A stretch of 64,000 nucleotides of DNA from Dehalococcoidia bacterium (GCA_045564655.1 JBJLGX010000020.1:76654-140653), one strand, 5' to 3'; counted from the first letter of the stretch, positions 1-10,002 are shown. Program-made: numbers and translations. Notes: generated by a model from the sequence alone, not told the origin.

Positions 1-1128
1 TCCTAAATGTATACTCATAAATGGATCTGCAATATCTTGAGTCCATGTACTCATGAGCCAGGCAGAGATAGAACACAAGAGCATAGACGGAACCATTATG
101 TAAGACAATTTATATCGTCGAGATAAGACTCCACCTAAAATTGCTCCAAATGCTATCATGATTGTCATTCGGGATAACATTAGGCCCCCGTCTAAATATG
201 TTCCCATTAGTACGGTATTTGCCATTAGAGGTACTGTAACCATTATTATTATTAAACTCGATCCATAAAACACATTTACTATAGAAGCTGAAGATAAAGA
301 TATGTTTTTAAATATATTTATCGGAATTACAGGGTTTGCGCTATTTCTAGAGATTAAATAATACACAGTGATAGCTAATCCGCTTATGATCATAAATATT
401 GCCATAAATGAATTCAAATTGCTGATTTCGGAGAATCCTATAATTAATGATGAAATAAATATTATTATTAATAAAGATCCTTTGTAGTCGATCTTTGATT
501 TTAGTGGTGAAGTTGAGCGAGTTGATATTAGGATGAGGGCTAATACAATCAAACTTATTGGGATATTAAGCCAGAATACCCATTGCCATGATAAAAACTC
601 AGTTATTAATCCTCCATACAGAGGCCCCACCACAGCCCCGGCTTCTGCTGCTCCCCCCGCTAATCCAATTGGGATACCTCTTTTTGAGGCACTAAAGATG
701 TCACTAATGATAGCAATAGATACTGGCAGTAATGCTCCTGCTCCTATTGCTTGTAATATTCTTGTCGCTATAAGCCATTCAATAGTGTTTATTTTTTCAA
801 TTATCAAATGATCACTATAATTATCAAATGAACCTGTTAATGCTGTTCCGATTGATCCAATGATAAATATTAACATTGCCAATGTGTAAATTTTTTTACG
901 CCCAAATATATCTGAAAAGCGGCCCATGATAGGCATTACAGCTACATAACCTATCAAATAACCTGTTATTGTCCATGCTGCTTTTTCTAATTCACCTATT
1001 CCTATTCTTAAATCTAACATTATTTTAGGCAATATAGTCACCACTACAGTTTGATCATCTGATGCAAAAAATAAACCTATAAGTATAGGTATTAATTGGA
1101 TGTAAGGTTTGTTAGTGAAGTTGAGCAT
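1..1128 (-). CDS. MFS transporter (DHA2/EmrB-like, P55-like); 3' end runs off the window
   Basis: Not in the ORF track because it is incomplete. My translation from ATG (complement of 1126-1128) stays open to position 1: MLNFTNKPYIQLIPILIGLFFASDDQTVVVTILPKIM...GRFSDIFGRKKIY...LQAIGAGALLPVSIAIISDIF. It has typical MFS motifs and many TM helices. Confidence 0.75.
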   Translation of the reverse strand, partial: MLNFTNKPYIQLIPILIGLFFASDDQTVVVTILPKIMLDLRIGIGELEKAAWTITGYLIGYVAVMPIMGRFSDIFGRKKIYTLAMLIFIIGSIGTALTGSFDNYSDHLIIEKINTIEWLIATRILQAIGAGALLPVSIAIISDIFSASKRGIPIGLAGGAAEAGAVVGPLYGGLITEFLSWQWVFWLNIPISLIVLALILISTRSTSPLKSKIDYKGSLLIIIFISSLIIGFSEISNLNSFMAIFMIISGLAITVYYLISRNSANPVIPINIFKNISLSSASIVNVFYGSSLIIIMVTVPLMANTVLMGTYLDGGLMLSRMTIMIAFGAILGGVLSRRYKLSYIMVPSMLLCSISAWLMSTWTQDIADPFMSIHLG

Positions 1129-1129
1129 T

Positions 1130-1849
1130 TTATTCCAATTGTAGTGATGAAATATTAAAAAGTTCATCAAATTTTGAAATCGTTAGTTTACGTATTATTT
1201 TAGGAGCATCATATTTAGATGCTTGTCCGGATATTTCTATTTTAAGTACGCGGTAATCGTTTTTGTCTATAGTTAATTTTGTTTCTAAAGAATTTTCTAA
1301 AGTTTCTTCTAATAAGAGTTTGAATATACTTGGAGAAATTGTTCCTTGTATTATGTAATTGCTTGTATCGGAATTATCAACAGTTGGAGATTCTATTTGG
1401 TTAATTGTTGAAAATAGAATCTCATTTAAGCCATTTACAGCTACTGAAAGTGGATTGGCGTTGTTTTCGATGGATTCCCAGTTTTGGGTAATAGGGTTTA
1501 TATAATATGATTCTGATGCTCTTTTTATATATTTAGTTTTTAAAACGATATTTCCGAATAACAAATTTCCTTCAATATATATTTCATCAGGTGAATTGAT
1601 TCTTGCCGATGCTTCCGATAGCGTTAATCCCGTATTGCCTATAGGAGTTCCTGTACCTGATGAGTGTTTTAGATCTAATTGATAAGAATTTATAAGACTC
1701 ATCTCGTTTCTAGTATTTTCTAGAATTTCGTTGGCAGACATGTTTTGTGAAGATAAATTTAATTTAGTGTTATCTGAACACGATATAGAAAACACTAATA
1801 TTATAATTAGTAAACTAGAATAAACTAGGTTTAATTTTTTAAATAACAT
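1130..1849 (-). CDS. Lipoprotein, LppX/LprAFG-like (LolA-like fold) candidate
   Basis: Signal peptide plus lipobox (LVFSIS-C at residue 24) and a length of about 240 aa. Its stop TAA (1130-1132) is 1 nt from the MFS start codon. The family call rests on size, lipobox and synteny only. Confidence 0.45.
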   Translation of the reverse strand: MLFKKLNLVYSSLLIIILVFSISCSDNTKLNLSSQNMSANEILENTRNEMSLINSYQLDLKHSSGTGTPIGNTGLTLSEASARINSPDEIYIEGNLLFGNIVLKTKYIKRASESYYINPITQNWESIENNANPLSVAVNGLNEILFSTINQIESPTVDNSDTSNYIIQGTISPSIFKLLLEETLENSLETKLTIDKNDYRVLKIEISGQASKYDAPKIIRKLTISKFDELFNISSLQLE

Positions 1850-1882
1850 TTTATTATTATATCGTTAGATTTAGACATAACA

Positions 1883-1920
1883 GAAAGGGCATGTTATTAA
1901 TATTAATAACATGCCCTTTC
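1883..1920. terminator. Perfect 38-nt palindrome, likely terminator after the 1948-3021 gene
   Basis: GAAAGGGCATGTTATTAATATTAATAACATGCCCTTTC lies between two minus-strand genes, with T-rich flanks. Confidence 0.6.
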
Positions 1921-1947
1921 TTATTTATTAAGTTTTATTGATAAAAC

Positions 1948-3021
1948 TTAATTTCTGCTTTTTACGTATAGTACTCCACCAAGCCCCATCATAACCAATG
2001 ACAAAACAAATCCTATTTGGATCATCATCGAAAATAGAGGATCCCCAACTTTAGGAAGTCCTAGATTTAAAATATGATTGGATATTTCAAGAGCAGGGGC
2101 ATCAGCGCCTGATGTTATATCCATAGTTGCCATTGACTGCCCAGCAGCATACGCTTGAGCTGAACCACCTTCGTTAGCAGATGCTGTTATAGATCCGCTA
2201 TTATCAGCGTCCCATCCATTTCTTGCTGCAGAAAGCTCACTAACAATTTGGTTCACATGAATTTTTGATATAGCTACTTCAGATTGCGTAATGACATTGT
2301 CACTTGCATTAGTAGTTGCAGAATTAACCCAACTATTGATATTAGCAGTTACCGCTAGGACAGCAGTTGAAGAAGCAGTTATTCCAAGGTCGTCAGCTGC
2401 GACGGAAGCTGCGGTAGCATGAGCATCAATTTTTGCTGTATCGCCTGTTATAGATGAAAGAGATCCGATCATTGAATTAATATTACTATTTATAGATGCT
2501 GAATCTGATGATGTTTGAGCAGCCTTTGCTGATGCTAAAGCTGAATCTAGTGCATCACTAACAGCATTAATATCATCCAACATCCCATTTATTTCAATGA
2601 TTGCTGTTGAATTAACATGTCCTGCAAATGCAACCTCGTCACCTTGAGTTATTGTCACCCTGCTGTAGTTCGATATTAAGTTCGCACCATCGTAACCTGA
2701 TGATGAGCTATCAAATATCAATGAACCAGATCCGGTTGATTGGACAATGCCGTGGACAATGTCAGCTACAACATTAATGGAACCGATATTTAATACTTGC
2801 CTACCATCATTTGACTTTAAAGCAACTTGATAAGTCGATCCTTCTGAAGCCGGGGAAACTCCTGACAAATTAATGACAGCTGAATCGCTCTTCGATTTAT
2901 CTGTTTCTATAAGTACTTTTCCTACAATAGGTGATGCAGCTTCAACCTGCATAGCCATACTAGGCGCCACAAGAGTTAGCAGCACAATGGCCATAATTGC
3001 TATTATTTTGGTCCTGAACAT
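1948..3021 (-). CDS. Secreted Ser/Ala/Thr-rich cell-surface protein with LPxxG-type C-terminal sorting-like signal
   Basis: N-terminal signal peptide (…LVAPSMAMQVEAAS). The C-terminus is LPKVGD + hydrophobic stretch + KSRN. A strong RBS AAGGAGG precedes the ATG. Confidence 0.55.
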   Translation of the reverse strand: MFRTKIIAIMAIVLLTLVAPSMAMQVEAASPIVGKVLIETDKSKSDSAVINLSGVSPASEGSTYQVALKSNDGRQVLNIGSINVVADIVHGIVQSTGSGSLIFDSSSSGYDGANLISNYSRVTITQGDEVAFAGHVNSTAIIEINGMLDDINAVSDALDSALASAKAAQTSSDSASINSNINSMIGSLSSITGDTAKIDAHATAASVAADDLGITASSTAVLAVTANINSWVNSATTNASDNVITQSEVAISKIHVNQIVSELSAARNGWDADNSGSITASANEGGSAQAYAAGQSMATMDITSGADAPALEISNHILNLGLPKVGDPLFSMMIQIGFVLSLVMMGLGGVLYVKSRN

Positions 3022-3270
3022 GGCTTGTTCACCGCCTCCTTAAGACCAGTCATTTACGACTGACGTTAAATTTTAAATAAACATATGCAAACTAAAGACT
3101 ACCACACTCATGTACTATATAACACTATATATAGCACGATTTAAGTAGCAAAATAGTTTTTCGGTGAAATTAGCTATACCTTTATCATTCAAAATACTAA
3201 ACGTATAATCAAAATTTCTCACCTATTATACAATATTTTAATCAAATTAATAAATGTTGATGTACATATA

Positions 3271-4029
3271 ATGGAAACTAATAACTTAATAAGGATTCAA
3301 TTTGAAGAATCTGTGAAGTTTATGGGGTTCAATAATACTTCAGATCTCATTGAAGATTTTTCAGAATACCATAGATTAATTTTAGAATGGAATTCTAAAA
3401 TTAATCTCATATCTTCAAATTCTGTAGGCGATATATTTGAAAGACATTTTTTGGATTCCCTATCTGTTCATTTAGTTAATACTATATTTAAGGGCAATTC
3501 AAATATGGATTTTATGAAAGTTCTTGATGTGGGTACTGGCGCAGGATTGCCGGGGATACCCTTGAAAATAGTTATGCCGAAATTGAAATTAACATTGTTG
3601 GACGCAACATCTAAAAAAATTGATTTTTTGAAAATTGTTTGTTCTGAGTTGTTGTTATCAAATGTTGATTTCATACTTGATCGTGCTGAAAGAGCTGCTC
3701 ATTTGAAACCATATAGAGGTGATTTTGATTTAGTTGTTTCTAGGGCAGTAGCTGATTTAAAGATACTTGTTGAATTTATGATCCCATTTTGTAAAACAGG
3801 TGGACTTATCGTAGCAATGAAAGGGGAAAAAGCGGAACAAGAAGTTAAAGAAGCCTTGCCTGCAATTCGTGCTTTGGGTGGAGATAATGTAGAAATAATT
3901 GATTCTTCATCTCATCATCCTTTTTTGAAAGGAAGATTAGTAGTTATCCGTAAAGTTGCAGAAACGCCTTCTAATTATCCTAGAAGGGTTGGGATTCCAC
4001 ATAAAAGACCTTTAACTGGCTTGAGTTGA
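3271..4029 (+). CDS. rsmG: 16S rRNA (guanine527-N7)-methyltransferase RsmG (GidB)
   Basis: SAM-binding motif VLDVGTGAGLPGIPLKI and the family-typical WN.KINL and RAVA segments. Confidence 0.85.
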   Translation: METNNLIRIQFEESVKFMGFNNTSDLIEDFSEYHRLILEWNSKINLISSNSVGDIFERHFLDSLSVHLVNTIFKGNSNMDFMKVLDVGTGAGLPGIPLKIVMPKLKLTLLDATSKKIDFLKIVCSELLLSNVDFILDRAERAAHLKPYRGDFDLVVSRAVADLKILVEFMIPFCKTGGLIVAMKGEKAEQEVKEALPAIRALGGDNVEIIDSSSHHPFLKGRLVVIRKVAETPSNYPRRVGIPHKRPLTGLS

Positions 4030-4096
4030 TGGCCATCCAGCTGTATCTTTGTGAACGCAATAAGTAGGTCTAAAATTAGGGGATTATAGGATTTTA

Positions 4097-5080
4097 ATGA
4101 TTGAGATTAAAAATAGAGTTTTTTCCTTTCCCACATTATTGTCTTTTATAGGGGCAATCGCAATAATTTATTTTCTTGCTGAAGGGTTTGAGTTAGATTG
4201 GGAATTAACTTTAGAGAATATATCTAATATGAACATATCTTTGTATATTCTTGCTTTGCTTGTTTATTACGTAAGTTTTATTTTTAGAGGATACAGATGG
4301 AAAATTTTAGCTACTAATGCTCTTTTAGCTGATGACATTAATCAAGCGATTTCCAATAAGCATTCTATTCCTAGCGTTATGTCATGTAGTCTGCTTATTT
4401 TGAGTGGCTGGTTTCTTAATGCTATCGCATGGTTAAGAATGGGAGATGCTTATCGAGCGTGGGCTTTTGGAAATGATACAGGGAAAGGGTTTTCATGGGG
4501 TATTGGTACCTTATTGGCTGAACGAACTTTAGATATGATGGTTCTAGCAGTGTGTTTATTTCTTGCAATTGTCGGGATATCTCTAGATCGTTACAACGAA
4601 ACTTTTATATATATTCTAATCGCAGCCGTTTTGATGGGGGCCTTTTTGGTCTCCGTTATGCTCTTTATATTTTTCTATGGAGGGCAATTTGCAGATAAAT
4701 TACCCTCAAAGCTTAAGAGAGGGTTTATAAATTTCAAAATAGGGACGAGCGGAGGATTCCATCGTATTATTACGTTGACATTTTTGGGGCTATTGGGATG
4801 GATTATGGAAATGATTAGGTTTTGGATAGTTGTCCAAGCGTTGGGTTTAGAATTGACTATTCCGATGGTTGTAATCGTTTCTTTAGGTAATGCCATTTTA
4901 TCTACAATTCCAACTCCTGGAGGCTTAGGTGTTGTTGAGCCTGGAATAACAGGTATGTTAATGTTTGAAATGTCTGCAATTGATGCCGCATCAGTTGCGT
5001 TGTCAGACAGGTCTATAACTTATCTTAGCGTTATTCTTTTTGGGGGTATAGCTTTTGCTTTGAGACGCTTTATTCGGTAA
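4097..5080 (+). CDS. UPF0104 / lysyl-phosphatidylglycerol-synthase TM-region family membrane protein
   Basis: Polytopic membrane protein with the family motif TPGGLGVVEPG near the C-terminal third. Confidence 0.6.
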   Translation: MIEIKNRVFSFPTLLSFIGAIAIIYFLAEGFELDWELTLENISNMNISLYILALLVYYVSFIFRGYRWKILATNALLADDINQAISNKHSIPSVMSCSLLILSGWFLNAIAWLRMGDAYRAWAFGNDTGKGFSWGIGTLLAERTLDMMVLAVCLFLAIVGISLDRYNETFIYILIAAVLMGAFLVSVMLFIFFYGGQFADKLPSKLKRGFINFKIGTSGGFHRIITLTFLGLLGWIMEMIRFWIVVQALGLELTIPMVVIVSLGNAILSTIPTPGGLGVVEPGITGMLMFEMSAIDAASVALSDRSITYLSVILFGGIAFALRRFIR

Positions 5081-5130
5081 TAATAGATTAAGTGAATTAT
5101 TCAGTGTTACTTTGATTAAGAGGAAAAAAT

Positions 5131-6822
5131 ATGACAATAGATTCTAAAGATATTAGTTTGTTGAAACATAAATCTGCTGCTATCAGTTTAGGCCCAGATA
5201 GAGCACCAGCAAGGTCTATGTTGAGGGCTGTTGGGTTAGGTGATGATGATATGGAGAAACCTTTTGTTGCTATTGCAAATTTAGCTAGTGATGTAACTCC
5301 TTGCAACGTTCACCTTACTCGTATTGCAGAGAAGGCTAAGCAAGGTTTATGGAGTGCTAACGCGGTACCTTTTATGTTTGGAACGATAACTATTAGCGAT
5401 GGGATTTCTATGGGTACAGAAGGAATGAAAGGCTCCTTAGTTAGTAGAGAGGTTATTGCTGACTCTATCGAAACAGTGTGTTTTACAGAAGGCATGGATG
5501 GATTATTGATTGTTGCAGCTTGTGATAAAAATATGCCTGGGGCAATGATGTCAATGGCTCGTCTCAATATCCCGTCAGTTTTTGTCTATGGTGGAGCAAT
5601 ATTGCCTGGATCATACAAAGGAAATGATATAAATATACAAGATATGTTTGAGGCTGTAGGATCTTATGCCAAGTGTCAGATATCTTTAGATGAGTTGATT
5701 GATATGGAACGGGTAGCTTGTCCTGGAGAAGGGGCCTGTTCAGGTATGTTTACGGCTAATACAATGGCTTCCGCTATAGAGGCTATGGGTATGTCTATAC
5801 CGGGTGCTGCTTCAATACCTGCTGTAGATGATAGAAATTTGACTGTAGCAGAAGAAGCTGGTTTGCATGTCTATTCTATGCTTGAGAAAGGTATAAAGCC
5901 TAGAGATATTATGACTCGTAAAGCGTTTGAGAATGCTATTAGGCTAGTATTATCTATGGGAGGGTCAACAAATTCAGTTCTCCATTTACTTGCAATAGCA
6001 CATGAAGCAGAGGTTGATTTAACAATTGATGATTTTGATATGTTGAGTCGGGATACCCCATATCTTACTGACTTAAAACCCGGGGGGAAATATGTTATGT
6101 CAGATATGGATAGGTCTGGTGGTGTTCAGGTTGTTTTGAAAGAACTACTTGATGCGGGCTTGATTCATGGTAACGAAATGACAATAAACGGTAAGACTAT
6201 AGGGGAAAACCTAGAAACTGTTAAAACTAAACCGGATAACAAAGTTATATTTTCAATTCCGAATGCAAAAAGTTCAACAGGTGGTTTGGCAATTTTAAAA
6301 GGGAATTTGTCTCCAGAAGGCGCTGTTATGAAAGTGTCAGGTACTGCTCACCACGAGCATGAAGGTCCTGCAAAAGTTTATGATGGCGAACGAGCAGCAT
6401 TTGAAGCAGTAACTAATGGGGACATTGTTGATGGAGATGTAGTAATTATTCGTTATGAAGGACCTAAGGGTGGCCCTGGGATGCAAGAAATGCTAGCTGT
6501 GACAGGTGCGGTTATGGGCGCTGGATTAGGAGAATCCACCTTATTGATCACTGACGGTAGATTTTCTGGAGCTACAAGAGGCCCTATGATTGGACACGTT
6601 GCTCCTGAGGCAGCCGTTGGGGGACCAATAGCTTTAATAAAGGAAGGCGATATCATTTCGATGGATGTTAGTTCAAGGCAACTAAATGTTAAAATATCTA
6701 GTGAAGAACTTGAATCAAGAAGGAAGTTGTGGGAGCCAAGAGAACCAAATTACAAAAAAGGCGTTTTGGCTAAATATTCTAAATTAGTTTCTTCTGCATC
6801 TATTGGAGCTGTTACTAACTGA
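5131..6822 (+). CDS. ilvD: Dihydroxy-acid dehydratase
   Basis: Full-length IlvD/Edd signatures: [32 protein letters not shown]. Confidence 0.95.
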   Translation: MTIDSKDISLLKHKSAAISLGPDRAPARSMLRAVGLGDDDMEKPFVAIANLASDVTPCNVHLTRIAEKAKQGLWSANAVPFMFGTITISDGISMGTEGMKGSLVSREVIADSIETVCFTEGMDGLLIVAACDKNMPGAMMSMARLNIPSVFVYGGAILPGSYKGNDINIQDMFEAVGSYAKCQISLDELIDMERVACPGEGACSGMFTANTMASAIEAMGMSIPGAASIPAVDDRNLTVAEEAGLHVYSMLEKGIKPRDIMTRKAFENAIRLVLSMGGSTNSVLHLLAIAHEAEVDLTIDDFDMLSRDTPYLTDLKPGGKYVMSDMDRSGGVQVVLKELLDAGLIHGNEMTINGKTIGENLETVKTKPDNKVIFSIPNAKSSTGGLAILKGNLSPEGAVMKVSGTAHHEHEGPAKVYDGERAAFEAVTNGDIVDGDVVIIRYEGPKGGPGMQEMLAVTGAVMGAGLGESTLLITDGRFSGATRGPMIGHVAPEAAVGGPIALIKEGDIISMDVSSRQLNVKISSEELESRRKLWEPREPNYKKGVLAKYSKLVSSASIGAVTN

Positions 6823-6853
6823 CTATAAATGATTGTTTTCGGAGTTTTTTTAA

Positions 6854-7537
6854 TTGATTAAACAGATATTTTTGCTAGTATCTTTAATATCATTGCTCAT
6901 TACGACATATATGATTTTTATATGGGTTCCTACAGAATTAAATTTAGGGATATCACAGAGGATTTTTTACTATCATGTACCACTAGCTTGGATTGGAATG
7001 ATATCTATATTTATTGTAGGGATTGGAAGTGTTGTCCATCTTGTTACTAAAAATGATAAATGGGATGCAATTGCTCATTCCTCTGCTGAGATTGGTGTGA
7101 TTTTTGCAACACTTATACTTGTTACTGGGTCCCTTTGGGCAAAGCCTGCATGGGGTGTTTGGTGGTCCTGGGATCCGAAATTAACGACAACATTAATACT
7201 TTGGTTCATTTACGTTGCTTACTTAATGGTCAGGTCTTACTCTGCTGATCAAATTCTTGCTCGCAGATATGCCTCAGTGATCGCTTTACTAGGTGCTATC
7301 GATGCTCCTTTGATATATCTTGCCTCTATATGGTGGAGAAATCTTCATCCTAGATTAAATGTTGGCCCTTTATCAGAATCAGATTCTAGTCTGGATTCAA
7401 GAATGTTACTAACTTTACTGGTTGCTACGATTTCATTTACTATTTTTTATAGTTATTTATTGATGGAAAGAATTAAAATGAGAAGAATAGAAGACGATCT
7501 TGACGAGGTACATAAATATGCATCTGATGAAATTTAA
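6854..7537 (+). CDS. ccmC: Heme exporter protein CcmC (cytochrome c maturation System I)
   Basis: Trp-rich WWD motif WGVWWSWDPKLT, six-TM pattern, TTG start. Confidence 0.85.
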   Translation: MIKQIFLLVSLISLLITTYMIFIWVPTELNLGISQRIFYYHVPLAWIGMISIFIVGIGSVVHLVTKNDKWDAIAHSSAEIGVIFATLILVTGSLWAKPAWGVWWSWDPKLTTTLILWFIYVAYLMVRSYSADQILARRYASVIALLGAIDAPLIYLASIWWRNLHPRLNVGPLSESDSSLDSRMLLTLLVATISFTIFYSYLLMERIKMRRIEDDLDEVHKYASDEI

Positions 7538-7805
7538 AATTTATATTTTTGCCATGGTAGTTGGTGTATTAGGGTTTTTATTGGGTTCTTCATATTTAGG
7601 AGAATTAATTTACGCTGAATCTCCTTCATCAGGGTCTACGGAGTCAAATTCAGGCCCTGAAGCAAATTTAGATTATTTGTTTGCTGTTTTTTTTCTGACA
7701 TGGTTAGCTTTCTTCGGATATATATTTTTCTTATCTAGAAGACTTAAGGCTATGGGTAAAGAGATATTACTCTTGAAAGAATTCATAAAAACTAATGATT
7801 CTTAA
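7518..7805 (+). CDS. CcmD-like small membrane protein with an extra N-terminal TM/Ser-rich segment
   Basis: C-terminal TM followed by a basic stretch (FFGYIFFLSRRLKAMGKE), as in CcmD. It sits between ccmC and ccmE and overlaps the ccmC 3' end. Start is uncertain (TTG 7500, ATG 7518 or 7527). Confidence 0.5.
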   Translation: MHLMKFKIYIFAMVVGVLGFLLGSSYLGELIYAESPSSGSTESNSGPEANLDYLFAVFFLTWLAFFGYIFFLSRRLKAMGKEILLLKEFIKTNDS

Positions 7806-7831
7806 TATTTACTTTATACTTAAGGCTTAAC

Positions 7832-8269
7832 ATGGATAATTTATTTGCAAACAAAGGTAAAGTTATTATAGGAGCTATAGTAATTGGTGTCGCTTTTGGA
7901 TATTTTATTTTTATGGCTTTCCAAAGCGCTACCATTTACTACTTTACAGTTTCTGAGATTCAAGAAGAACCTCAAACCCCACAAGGTAAGATGGTTAGAG
8001 TGAGCGGTAAATTAATACCTGAGTCTTTTTATAGACCCGAAGAATCTACAAAAGCTTACTTTACCCTTACAGATGGGACTACATCTATGTCTGCAAAGCA
8101 TGATGGTATATTACCTGATCTTTTTTTTAACAAAAATTCTGAAATCATTTTAGAAGGAGTACATTCTCCTGGGGATTCATTTGAGAGTTATAATGTAATT
8201 GTGAAATGTCCCTCAAAGTATGTTGCCATGGAAGAAGGTGGAGATCAAAAGCCCGAGGATTCATATTAA
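7832..8269 (+). CDS. ccmE: Cytochrome c maturation heme chaperone CcmE, CxxxY variant
   Basis: N-terminal TM anchor and OB-fold pattern (VRVSGKL…LTDG…GILPDLF…EG). The C-terminal heme-binding motif is KCPSKY, with Cys codon TGT at 8207-8209. Confidence 0.8.
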   Translation: MDNLFANKGKVIIGAIVIGVAFGYFIFMAFQSATIYYFTVSEIQEEPQTPQGKMVRVSGKLIPESFYRPEESTKAYFTLTDGTTSMSAKHDGILPDLFFNKNSEIILEGVHSPGDSFESYNVIVKCPSKYVAMEEGGDQKPEDSY

Positions 8270-8304
8270 ATATCATTTTATTAATAGTGTGAAGGATACG
8301 ATAA

Positions 8305-8739
8305 ATGCCAAAATTGTCTGAAGATGAAATAAAGGATTTTTTGACGAATTTTGATTATGTCATGAAGTTAGCCACGTTATCATCCGATGGTTACCCTTAT
8401 GTAGTACCAATATGGTATTTTTATGAAGAAGAGCACTTTTTTATTCTTGGAAGACCGAATAATAAATGGGTTTCTAATATATATGAAAACCAAAAAATTT
8501 CTGCTTGTATAGATTCGCCAAGCCCGCCTTATGCTAGGGTTAGCTTTAGAGCTGATGCTGAAGTTATTGATAAAGAGTGGTTTGGGGAATGGGAACATTT
8601 AGCTCATAGATATTTAGGTAAAGAAGATGGTCATAAATACTATGAAGACACTAAAAAAGTGCCTAGGGTGTTGATTAGACTAAAGCCATCAAAACTAACT
8701 AGTTGGGGAGGAGGAGGATGGCACCCAAGATATAAGTAA
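8305..8739 (+). CDS. Pyridoxamine 5'-phosphate oxidase-family (FMN/F420-binding split barrel) protein
   Basis: Typical N-terminal pattern …LATLSSDGYPYVVPIWYFYEEEHFFILG and a size of about 145 aa. Confidence 0.6.
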   Translation: MPKLSEDEIKDFLTNFDYVMKLATLSSDGYPYVVPIWYFYEEEHFFILGRPNNKWVSNIYENQKISACIDSPSPPYARVSFRADAEVIDKEWFGEWEHLAHRYLGKEDGHKYYEDTKKVPRVLIRLKPSKLTSWGGGGWHPRYK

Positions 8740-8774
8740 TCTGTTTTGTTTTGATATCACATTAAGGAGATAAC

Positions 8775-9203
8775 ATGATAATAGGCCTGAATCATACGGG
8801 GTTTGTAGTATCTGATCTTGAAAAAATAGCTTCTTTTTATGAAAATGTCATTGGGTTGGAACTAGTAGATTCTTTCGAAAGAAGTAACAAAGAGATGTCT
8901 CAAGTAATAGGTTACCCTAATGCACATTTGAAAATTAACATGTTTGATTTAGGATCAAATCATATGCTTGAACTTATAGAATATATTTATCCTGAACCAT
9001 ATCAGAGACCTACAGAACACCGATCTGTTATTGGGGGTTCCCATATTGCGTTTACTGTTGAGGATATAGATTCAACATGGTCGGATTTAACTCTTAAAGG
9101 TGTTAAACCTTTAAACCCTCCGATTGAAGTAGTTGAAGGCAAATTTGCTTGTTATCTTCAGGACCCTGATGGAAACTGGATAGAACTTATTGAATACAAA
9201 TAA
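8775..9203 (+). CDS. VOC / glyoxalase-family protein
   Basis: LNHTGFVVSDLEKIASFY…GGSHIAFTVEDID…DPDGNWIELIE is the classic glyoxalase/bleomycin-resistance fold signature. Confidence 0.75.
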   Translation: MIIGLNHTGFVVSDLEKIASFYENVIGLELVDSFERSNKEMSQVIGYPNAHLKINMFDLGSNHMLELIEYIYPEPYQRPTEHRSVIGGSHIAFTVEDIDSTWSDLTLKGVKPLNPPIEVVEGKFACYLQDPDGNWIELIEYK

Positions 9204-9207
9204 ATTT

Positions 9208-10002
9208 TTATTTTAGTAAATCTAAGGGATTTGATTTCACGAGTTTTGTGATTTGGTCTTCAGTTAGACCCTTCTGAAGAAATGACGAAATAGCCATTCT
9301 TATTCCTTCTGCAGGCGGTGGATTGAACCACTGCCCAAAATTGCTAGTTACTATGCATCTTTCTGATCCAATAAATCCTATTTTTTCTATAATTTCTTCG
9401 ATTTCTATTGAACGATCTGAAGGCATACAAGAGGAAAAACGGAATTCAATAAAAGCTCCTAAATCGCTTAAATCCTTGAGGTCATTATTTTGAGGTATCA
9501 CATCATTGAAACCTATAATTATATTTGATATATGGTTTTTTTTAGCTTCTTTTAGGATTACAATACTCTCAGAATAAGAAAGATTATCTAATGCTAAAAC
9601 CATGTTTTTTTCACGAACTATTTTAAGTATTTCTTGAATTGATTCAGTTAAAGAATTATTTGGGGTCAATTTTTTTTCTTTAGATTCCGGTATCCATATT
9701 ACTTTCGTTTTTAAGGCAGCTGCAGATTCTACTACAGTGGGATTTATTCCACCAACAGATTCACTTAGCGTAATAGACCCCACAACAGATAAGCCGGGAT
9801 ACATTTGATTCAATATATAAGCAATAGGAGTTGTTAAGTATTGTGAAGATTTTAAAACAAAGCCTGCCATTTGAGATTCGTATGCATACCTTCCAGTCTC
9901 CATAGGATCCATTCGCAGATCTGATATATCTGGATACGATTGTGCGTTAAAGTCGATAGAACCTGTCAATATTTCTTGAACTTGTTTGTTTTTAGATTCC
10001 AT
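9208..10002 (-). CDS. Hypothetical protein, amidohydrolase-fold (DUF6282-like) candidate with apparently degenerate metal site
   Basis: The pattern …GFVLKSSQY.TTPIAY…VVGSITLSESVGGINPTVVE…KVIWIP resembles that family from memory. The expected N-terminal HxH is IDFNAQ here. This is a weak call. Confidence 0.3.
   Translation of the reverse strand: MESKNKQVQEILTGSIDFNAQSYPDISDLRMDPMETGRYAYESQMAGFVLKSSQYLTTPIAYILNQMYPGLSVVGSITLSESVGGINPTVVESAAALKTKVIWIPESKEKKLTPNNSLTESIQEILKIVREKNMVLALDNLSYSESIVILKEAKKNHISNIIIGFNDVIPQNNDLKDLSDLGAFIEFRFSSCMPSDRSIEIEEIIEKIGFIGSERCIVTSNFGQWFNPPPAEGIRMAISSFLQKGLTEDQITKLVKSNPLDLLK

Noticed and set aside
533-811. 92-aa plus-strand ORF from the track
   Set aside because: It lies antisense inside the long open minus-strand MFS transporter frame (1-1128). 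Its low-complexity P/A-rich translation is typical of a shadow ORF.
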